In this document: in pieces, positions 26,592 to 32,000 of the stretch | Layout of the letters: each line of letters opens with the position of its first letter | How positions within the stretch are numbered: position 1 is the stretch's first letter | Assembly: GCF_000283555.1 (NCBI RefSeq) | Contig: NC_016012.1 | Span: 1,290,001 to 1,322,000, forward strand | From: Candidatus Arthromitus sp. SFB-rat-Yit | GTDB taxonomy: Bacteria > Bacillota > Clostridia > Clostridiales > Clostridiaceae | DNA length: 32,000 bases | Direction of reading: 5' to 3' | Translations under genes and position numbers: made by a program | The notes under the pieces: generated by a model | The model's input: the letters and a program-made list of their open reading frames with translations, nothing else | Database searches by the model: none | What the model was told of the DNA's origin: nothing

Positions 26592-28034
26592 ATGAAAAAA
26601 AATTTAAGATTATTATGCAAAATAATAATGACATCTTTTATATGCAATTTTGCAATTAGTAATGCAAACATAAATATTGCAAAAGCTACTCGAACATCTA
26701 GGCCAGTTGTTATAAATAATTCATCACAGGAAACAACAGACAATACAAATGAAACAAATAATAATAATTCATCCTCAAATAGTAATTCATCTTCAAATTC
26801 TACTTCATCGGATTCAAACTCATCTTCAAATACTAATTCTTCATCTACCAATAGCTCAAACGAAAGTTCTGATTCTTCAGATGGCTATACTATAATAGAA
26901 CTTCTAAATTCTAATAAAAATCTAACTATAGATGATATAGAAAAGCTTGCTTTATCAGCATCACATTCATTAGATTTTATAGACGAGTTTAACCAAACAT
27001 TTCCAGAGTTTAATCCACTCAGGCAAATTACTCCAATAGATAATAACTTAAATAACTATTTGGATGTAAATAACAAAGAAATTTCAACAATAAAAGTAAC
27101 AAATACATCTCCTATTCCAATTTCTATTTATTCAGATCAAAATAACTGCAATATGCTATTAGGTGAAATTTCAACATTGCTTGGAGATTTAAAAAATGAC
27201 ATAGAAGAAGAACTCCCTTCAACTATTTTCTCATTAATGCCAACTATGTCAGTATTCAATGATACATTTAAAATTTTATGTGAAGAATACTCAAACGTCT
27301 TACAAAGTGACTATAAAAATCATATAACTTTAAACATTCTTCTTGAAAATTTAGAAACAAAGTTATCTTCACTTCTTAAATCTATTCAAGAATTTCAAAT
27401 TCAACTTCCAGATTTAATATCCACTCTAAATAAGATTGCTGAAGATATAGAAAATAGCAAAAACAATAACACAAACACAGATGAAGAAATTCCATCAGAA
27501 AATACAAACGAAGAAACTGATAACACAAACTCTGAAACTAATACGGATGAAACTACTAAACCGGATGGAGAAATAATTCAAGATAGTAATCAATCATCAA
27601 ACTCAAGTGATAAGAACGTATCAAACAATAACACAAACTCAAATAATAATAATACTAATACTAATACAGGCTCAGGAAATTCATCAGAAGATGTAACTGA
27701 TAATACAAATGCACAAGAGATGGTATACTTAGGTGAATATGGTCAACAACTTATTTATGACGAAGAAAGTAATAAATACTATGAGATCAATCCTGAAAAT
27801 CCTGAATCAGAAGAGTTTATAGAATATACTGGAGAAGTTACAGAAATGACACTTGAAGATTATTTAAGCACTGAAATGTATTTTGATAATGAAGGTAATG
27901 AATTATTTTATGATGAAGAAACAGATGAATTCTTAATATATGATGAAGAAACAGATGAATTTTTCATATACGAAGGAGAAGTAACAACTATGACTCTTGG
28001 AGATTATCTAGATCTTCTAGAAAATCAAGAATAG
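26592..28034 (+). CDS. Secreted Asn/Ser-rich protein with helical core and duplicated acidic C-terminal module (protein A); unknown family
   Basis: I place the start at ATG 26592 (GGAGG 5 nt upstream). The track start at 26574 lacks an RBS. The signal-peptide-like N-terminus is MKKNLRLLCKIIMTSFICNFAISNANINIAKA. It is followed by an N/S low-complexity tract, a helical middle and a C-terminal duplication ([FY]IEYxGEVTxMTLxDYL occurs twice). Confidence 0.7.
   Translation: MKKNLRLLCKIIMTSFICNFAISNANINIAKATRTSRPVVINNSSQETTDNTNETNNNNSSSNSNSSSNSTSSDSNSSSNTNSSSTNSSNESSDSSDGYTIIELLNSNKNLTIDDIEKLALSASHSLDFIDEFNQTFPEFNPLRQITPIDNNLNNYLDVNNKEISTIKVTNTSPIPISIYSDQNNCNMLLGEISTLLGDLKNDIEEELPSTIFSLMPTMSVFNDTFKILCEEYSNVLQSDYKNHITLNILLENLETKLSSLLKSIQEFQIQLPDLISTLNKIAEDIENSKNNNTNTDEEIPSENTNEETDNTNSETNTDETTKPDGEIIQDSNQSSNSSDKNVSNNNTNSNNNNTNTNTGSGNSSEDVTDNTNAQEMVYLGEYGQQLIYDEESNKYYEINPENPESEEFIEYTGEVTEMTLEDYLSTEMYFDNEGNELFYDEETDEFLIYDEETDEFFIYEGEVTTMTLGDYLDLLENQE
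27909..27968. repeat. In-frame 30-bp tandem duplication in protein A (YDEETDEF[LF]I x2)
   Basis: TATGATGAAGAAACAGATGAAT occurs at 27909-27930 and again at 27939-27960. The 8-nt tails differ at two or three positions. Confidence 0.9.
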
Positions 28035-28065
28035 ATTGAACTTTTTGTTCAATCTATTTTCTTTA
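28031..28065 (+). terminator. Rho-independent terminator of protein A gene
   Basis: The stem ATAGATTGAAC/GTTCAATCTAT (28031-28041 pairs with 28047-28057) is followed by TTTCTTTAT. Confidence 0.75.
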
Positions 28066-28075
28066 TAATAAAATT

Positions 28076-28105
28076 AAAAGGTAGAGCAAAATTGCTCTAC
28101 CTTTT
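28076..28105 (-). terminator. Rho-independent terminator of the D-C-B operon
   Basis: The stem AAAAGGTAGAGC/GCTCTACCTTTT (28076-28087 pairs with 28094-28105) overlaps the protein B stop. T-rich sequence follows on the minus strand. Confidence 0.7.
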
Positions 28106-29330
28106 AATTATCCATCTCTAAATTATTCATATCTTCTATAAGACTTAGCCCCGCACCATAATATTCATCACTTATATCTCCATTTTCATGCATAGCATCT
28201 AATACATCTTCTGTAATAGCACCACTTCTTATACCAAAATCAAGAAGTATTAAATCATCAGCACTTAAATATCCTTCAGTAACTAAATAATGTTTTTCTG
28301 CATCCTCTGTTGACATAAGCATATCATCGCTAACACCTACAACAACTTCTTCTTTGGTATTTGTTCCTGACTTAACTATTATTTCTTCATATAAAATATC
28401 ATCATCTTCGTCTTTTTCATTTATTTCAAGCCTTATAACATTTGACGTATCCTCAGAACCTAAATTTATAACTTGAGATTTTGAAGTATTCTTATTCAAT
28501 ACCTTAGTATTTTGATTATTTTTATTAGTCGATACATTTACCACAACTGATTCTTCTTTATTTTGTGTTTGTGTTTCCTCTTGTTTTGATTCCTCTACAA
28601 CAGTATTTATTTCTTCCTTAACATTAGTATTTTCATCTACAACAGTATTTATTTCTTCCTTAACATTAGTATTTTCATCTACAACATCATTAACTATTTC
28701 ATTTACAAGCTCATTATCTACTATATCTACTGTATCTTCAATTTCATCATATAATGATTCATCTAAATCTTCGCTTTCAGTTACTATATTTTCAATTTGT
28801 GTATCATCTTCTTCTGCAGCTCCAAATCCTCCAACATGTATTCCTTTAGGTGGAGAACTAGGCTTGTGTAAATTCCCTTTAGATCTCATAGATTGGGCAG
28901 ACTGAGCTTCTTGAAGAGAAGTATTATCAGCAATAGATATATTTATTACTTTAGATTCGTCTTCTTCTTCTTGAGCTGACAACCTCACATTGTGTTCAGA
29001 AGATGTCTCAAGTAATTGTCTCATTCTTTCTTCTTCTGCTCGTCTTTTTTCCTCTTCTGCTTGTCTCCTTGCCTCTTCCTCTGCTTGTTTTCTCGCATTT
29101 CTTTGAGCCACAGTATCTGCAACACCTTGCCCAATACCAGCTACAGTACCTACAACCGTAGAAATAACACCAAATAATACTCCTATTAAGGCCTCAGACT
29201 CTTTTGGTTTTTGGTTACCTATAGCAGCTGCACTAGTTATACTAGCAACAGTTGCAAGTAGCGCAGCTTTCTTTAAAATTCCTTTTCTCTTACTTTGTTC
29301 ATTATTCTTATTTACATTAGTAGTTCCCAT
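28104..29330 (-). CDS. Membrane-anchored acidic repeat protein (protein B), short paralogue of the next gene; unknown family
   Basis: 408 aa with AAGGAGG 8 nt upstream. The N-terminus SKRKGILKKAALLATVASITSAAAIG is followed by the Gly-rich TM helix LIGVLFGVISTVVGTVAGIGQG. Next come the ER/K helix QAEEEARRQAEEEKRRAEEERMRQ, an acidic repeat region and C-terminal G-x-hydrophobic-[ST]-x-[DE] motifs. Confidence 0.75.
   Translation of the reverse strand: MGTTNVNKNNEQSKRKGILKKAALLATVASITSAAAIGNQKPKESEALIGVLFGVISTVVGTVAGIGQGVADTVAQRNARKQAEEEARRQAEEEKRRAEEERMRQLLETSSEHNVRLSAQEEEDESKVINISIADNTSLQEAQSAQSMRSKGNLHKPSSPPKGIHVGGFGAAEEDDTQIENIVTESEDLDESLYDEIEDTVDIVDNELVNEIVNDVVDENTNVKEEINTVVDENTNVKEEINTVVEESKQEETQTQNKEESVVVNVSTNKNNQNTKVLNKNTSKSQVINLGSEDTSNVIRLEINEKDEDDDILYEEIIVKSGTNTKEEVVVGVSDDMLMSTEDAEKHYLVTEGYLSADDLILLDFGIRSGAITEDVLDAMHENGDISDEYYGAGLSLIEDMNNLEMDN
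28595..28686. repeat. Perfect in-frame 42-bp tandem duplication in protein B (VDENTNVKEEINTV x2)
   Basis: 28599-28640 and 28641-28682 are identical (AACAGTATTTATTTCTTCCTTAACATTAGTATTTTCATCTAC). Four or five matching bases continue on each flank. Confidence 0.95.
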
Positions 29331-29366
29331 TTTTTCATCCTCCTTGAATATACAAATCCTTAAATA

Positions 29367-31499
29367 TTAAATTTTACCACTTGAATTAAATGTATCTAAC
29401 AACTGATTTATAACTTCTATTTGTTCACTTGTAAATGTTCCATCTTGTCCCATCTTTTCAACCATAGATTTATTAATTTTTGAAGATAAAATCAAGTTAA
29501 CTACAGCATCATATTCTCTTGCAGTAAATATTCCATCTGCAACACTTTTATGAGTTTCTGCTTTCTCTTTCGCTCTATTATATTCTTCTTTACTATATGC
29601 CTTATATCCATAGTTTTCACTCTGTGATATTACACTCTTACCACCAAACTTAGTATCGGTATACATACCACCATATCCACTAGCTGTAGCAACTCCAACT
29701 ACCTGAGCTATACTTCCTGATGGCACAAAGTTACCATCTTTATCAAAGTATCCTGATCCATCTTCTAAAACTAAATTACCATCTTTATCTATACTACCTA
29801 CGCCATTAATATCAATAGATCCATCTGGTTTAATAGCTCCACTTCCATCTGGCAAATGCAGAACACCATTTTGGTCAGTCCAGCTTCCATCTGGGTGAAT
29901 AACTATTCCTGTGAAAACGTTCAATTTACTTCCATCTGGGAGTATTATAACTCCATTTTCTGGATCATATTTACCACCTAGCTGAGCTGCTAATTTTTCA
30001 TATTCCTGAGTTTGCTGCTTTTTCGCAAGCTCCTCTTGTGCCTTTATTGCATCTTGTTGAAGTTTAACCTGCATTTCCATTGATTGTTGTCCTTGAATTA
30101 TACCTGCTATAGATGTACCTAGAAACGCAACTGTACTTAAAAGACCAACCGCTGTCATAACTTTATTAAACCTACCTCCGCTTGAACCACTTTGTTGAAT
30201 ATTGCCTGTATTACCAATTCTATTTGTATTTACAGATTCATTGCCTTGAGTTTTTAAGGAAGATGATTTAACTCCAGAAGTACTAGGTTTAACACTTCCA
30301 TTTTGTGATCCTGATGTAGTACTTCCCTGTCCTTTATTTCCAGTCGTTGTACCATTTGATGGTTTACCACCTGAATTTGTTTGAGTTATAACAGGTTGTT
30401 TTTGGGAAGAACCACTTGATCCACTTTGATTTGTGCTTAGACTAGGTTTATTTTGTGAAGTTCCTGTGTTTGGCTTTAATTGAGATGATCCAGATCCAGC
30501 ACTTCCTCCTGTTAATGGCTTATTTGATCCACTAGCTGTACTGTTTTCAAATTTACTAGTCAAATTAGATGTATTCCCTGGCTTCACTGGAACATCTGGT
30601 TTATTTTGTGAGCTTCCAGTTGTATTACTACTATTTGGCTTTAATTGAGATGATCCACTACTTGCCCCAGCTGATGGCTTATTTACTGCACCAGTTCCAT
30701 TATTTTCAAATTTACTAGTTAAATTCGCAGTATTCCCTGGTTTTACAGGAGCATCTACCTTATTTTGTGAATTTCCTCCAGTTGATGGTTTGTTTACTGA
30801 ACCAGTTCCACCATTTTCATACTTGTTAACCAAATTAGATGTATTCCCTGATGGTATACCTGTGCCATTTGTACCTGAAGTACTTGTATTCGGCTTACTT
30901 GGTGCTGTTACAGTATTTCCTGCATTTGGCTTACTTGGTGCTGTTACACTGCTTCCTGTATTTGGCTTAGTTGGTGCTGTTATACTGCTTCCTGCATTTG
31001 GTTTAGTTGGAGCTTTTATACCTCCTCCACTAGATGTTCCAGATGTTAATCCTTCAAATTTATTGATCAAACCACCTGTATTTCCTGGTTTTATACCTGT
31101 ACCAGTTGTACTTGAAGTTCCTGAAGTTGGTTTATTTGTTGAAGTTGTACCTCCTGGCTTAACTGTAGAACTTATACCTGTACCTCCAGGCTTAACTGAA
31201 CTTACACCTGTACTCGGCTTATATGAAGTATTCCCTAAACTTGTTGTTGGTTTAAATATACTTGTCCCTCCATTTACAGGGCGTTTAAATCCATTACTAC
31301 CTGTAAACGTATTAACTTTAACTGGATTAAACTTAACCGGAGCTTTCATCATAGCAGATGCCTTTTTTACAGTTCCTATATGCTGAGCTGCTATTCCCGT
31401 AACACCAACTAACGCTGTAGCCATAGCTACTCTATTTAAAAATTTCTTTCTTGATAAATCAGAATCATTATTATTCCGTTTATTATCATTTGAATTCAT
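29367..31499 (-). CDS. Large membrane-anchored low-complexity repeat protein (protein C); unknown family
   Basis: 710 aa. The N-terminus SRKKFLNRVAMATALVGVTGIAAQHIG...KKASA is followed by a ~390-aa S/T/G/N/P/K-rich region with internal repeats. Then come the TM helix VMTAVGLLSTVAFLGTSIAGIIQG, a Q/K/E helix, DG-type short repeats and a C-terminus with GIFTAREYDAVVNLIL and GTFTSEQIEVINQLL. Confidence 0.8.
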   Translation of the reverse strand: MNSNDNKRNNNDSDLSRKKFLNRVAMATALVGVTGIAAQHIGTVKKASAMMKAPVKFNPVKVNTFTGSNGFKRPVNGGTSIFKPTTSLGNTSYKPSTGVSSVKPGGTGISSTVKPGGTTSTNKPTSGTSSTTGTGIKPGNTGGLINKFEGLTSGTSSGGGIKAPTKPNAGSSITAPTKPNTGSSVTAPSKPNAGNTVTAPSKPNTSTSGTNGTGIPSGNTSNLVNKYENGGTGSVNKPSTGGNSQNKVDAPVKPGNTANLTSKFENNGTGAVNKPSAGASSGSSQLKPNSSNTTGSSQNKPDVPVKPGNTSNLTSKFENSTASGSNKPLTGGSAGSGSSQLKPNTGTSQNKPSLSTNQSGSSGSSQKQPVITQTNSGGKPSNGTTTGNKGQGSTTSGSQNGSVKPSTSGVKSSSLKTQGNESVNTNRIGNTGNIQQSGSSGGRFNKVMTAVGLLSTVAFLGTSIAGIIQGQQSMEMQVKLQQDAIKAQEELAKKQQTQEYEKLAAQLGGKYDPENGVIILPDGSKLNVFTGIVIHPDGSWTDQNGVLHLPDGSGAIKPDGSIDINGVGSIDKDGNLVLEDGSGYFDKDGNFVPSGSIAQVVGVATASGYGGMYTDTKFGGKSVISQSENYGYKAYSKEEYNRAKEKAETHKSVADGIFTAREYDAVVNLILSSKINKSMVEKMGQDGTFTSEQIEVINQLLDTFNSSGKI
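30543..30767. repeat. 159-bp-period internal duplication in protein C (QNKxDxPVKPGNTxNLTSKFEN)
   Basis: The 66-bp segments 30543-30608 and 30702-30767 align at roughly four positions in five by eye. They encode residues 298-319 and 245-266. Confidence 0.8.
30892..31020. repeat. 36-bp tandem repeat, about 3.5 copies, in protein C (APxKPNxGxxVT)
   Basis: The units begin with GGCTTACTTGGTGCTGTTAC... at 30892, 30928 and 30964, with a degenerate copy at 31000. All are in frame (12 aa). Confidence 0.9.
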
Positions 31500-31549
31500 A
31501 ATCCCTCTAACCCTCCTTGGACCTATAAAATAAGTATTATCTTATTTTG

Positions 31550-32000
31550 TTAAAAACTTCCATTAGTTTGAAAATACTGAAGCAGTTCAAGTGCAGCATT
31601 TGACTGCTCTAAACTTAAAAGATCATTTTCATACATGTACTCAATCATGAAGAAATTCATCCTACCACCTTCTATATTTTCCTTAATAGATTGAAGTTCT
31701 CTATGTGTAAAAATTCCCTCTTGAATAAATTTTTCGAACATGTCCTTATTTTTAAGAACCCTCGCTTCAGATATTCCTGTTTCAAATTTTGTTATATCAT
31801 TATTATCGTAATCTACATCTTCATAATACATAGAGTAAGTACTTCTTCTTGTATTATCTTCATTTTTCTCTATTACAACTGCATCCTCAAACCTTTCATC
31901 AACAAACTCATCTTCTTTAGAATCCCCTCCTCCATCTTCAGAAGGAGTAAAGTTTCCGTCCTTATCATAAACTCCTGAACCATCTGATGGATAAAAGTTT
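31550..32000 (-). CDS. C-terminal part of a third paralogue (protein D); gene continues beyond the right edge
   Basis: The frame of the 93-aa track ORF stays open for all 56 codons upstream to the window edge. There is no RBS before the ATG at 31831. The upstream translation ...YPSDGSGVYDKDGNFTPSEDGGG... matches protein C (DGSGYFDKDGNFVPSG). The C-terminus has GIFTHRELQSIKENI and LLSLEQSNAALELL motifs. Confidence 0.7.
   Translation of the reverse strand, partial: NFYPSDGSGVYDKDGNFTPSEDGGGDSKEDEFVDERFEDAVVIEKNEDNTRRSTYSMYYEDVDYDNNDITKFETGISEARVLKNKDMFEKFIQEGIFTHRELQSIKENIEGGRMNFFMIEYMYENDLLSLEQSNAALELLQYFQTNGSF

Noticed and set aside
29727-29792. DKDGN elements in protein C as canonical EF-hand Ca2+ loops.
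   Set aside because: The 12-residue loop pattern (D-x-[DN]-x-[DNS]-G-x-[ILV]-x-x-x-E) is not satisfied. Position 6 is not Gly and there is no -Z Glu at the right spacing. Cation binding remains only a loose possibility.
29841-29945. LPDGS sequences in protein C as sortase LPXTG sorting signals.
   Set aside because: The Thr is missing and the motif is not C-terminal. It is not followed by the hydrophobic segment and basic tail that a sorting signal requires. The sequences are part of the DG repeat.
27909-31020. Tandem repeats as a CRISPR array or other non-coding repeat array.
   Set aside because: All repeats are in frame within long ORFs. They lack unique spacers of constant length, and there are no cas genes.
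30790-31386. A 198-aa + strand ORF (MFTEPVPPFSYLL...) antisense to protein C.
   Set aside because: This is a shadow ORF created by the repetitive, stop-poor complement of the S/T/G/P-rich coding repeats. It has no RBS, and its Pro/Val/Leu/Gly-rich low-complexity translation simply mirrors the repeats of the minus-strand gene.
31437-31454. A twin-arginine (Tat) signal in protein C (SRKKFLNR resembles S-R-R-x-F-L-K).
   Set aside because: The invariant RR is RK here, and the paralogue B has KRKGIL. I cannot confirm Tat machinery from this window. I treat it as a generic positively charged n-region of a Sec-type signal or anchor until it is tested.
31550-31831. The 93-aa ORF treated as a complete stand-alone small gene.
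   Set aside because: The frame remains open for all 56 upstream codons to the window edge. No Shine-Dalgarno sequence precedes the ATG. The upstream in-frame translation carries the DGSGxYDKDGNF motif shared with protein C, so this is the C-terminus of a longer gene.
26592-32000. The repeat-protein locus as a horizontally acquired island or mobile element.
   Set aside because: There is no integrase, transposase, tRNA target, flanking direct repeat or phage gene. The locally higher G+C in gene C is explained by Ser/Gly/Thr/Pro codon content rather than foreign origin. I could not compute composition statistics.

Overview
This is a strongly AT-rich chromosomal window of Clostridium (sensu stricto) type. 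All calls come from reading the sequence and the supplied translations; nothing was computed or searched. I support 31 protein-coding genes, 26 of them on the minus strand. I see no rRNA, tRNA, CRISPR array, transposase, integrase or phage genes. Gene order from left to right: ispE (5' part, cut by the left edge); cphB-cphA (cyanophycinase and cyanophycin synthetase); a sporulation block of yabG, veg and a SipL-like LysM protein; fabI; a CotS-family coat protein divergent from a GT4 glycosyltransferase; trmL-degV-trxB; a VanW/G5 protein; a six-gene operon (hypothetical, PRC-MgtE_N-CBS protein, queG, plsC, nth, ddl); DUF421-DUF4363; fba; thiT behind a clear TPP riboswitch with a consensus promoter; an isolated fliF-fliE pair; and feoA-feoB. 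The last 5.5 kb (26.6-32.0 kb) holds four repeat-rich, low-complexity envelope proteins that I cannot assign to any named family. Three of them are tandem paralogues in one minus-strand operon. They share a signal-like N-terminus, a Gly-rich TM helix, a charged helix, DG-type short repeats and SHOCT-like C-terminal motifs. The fourth is a convergent secreted Asn/Ser-rich protein that shares a YFD[KN][DE]GN motif with them. That locus is my best candidate for something undescribed, and the orphan, order-inverted fliF-fliE pair is second. No function is established for either, and homology searches and topology predictions are still needed.
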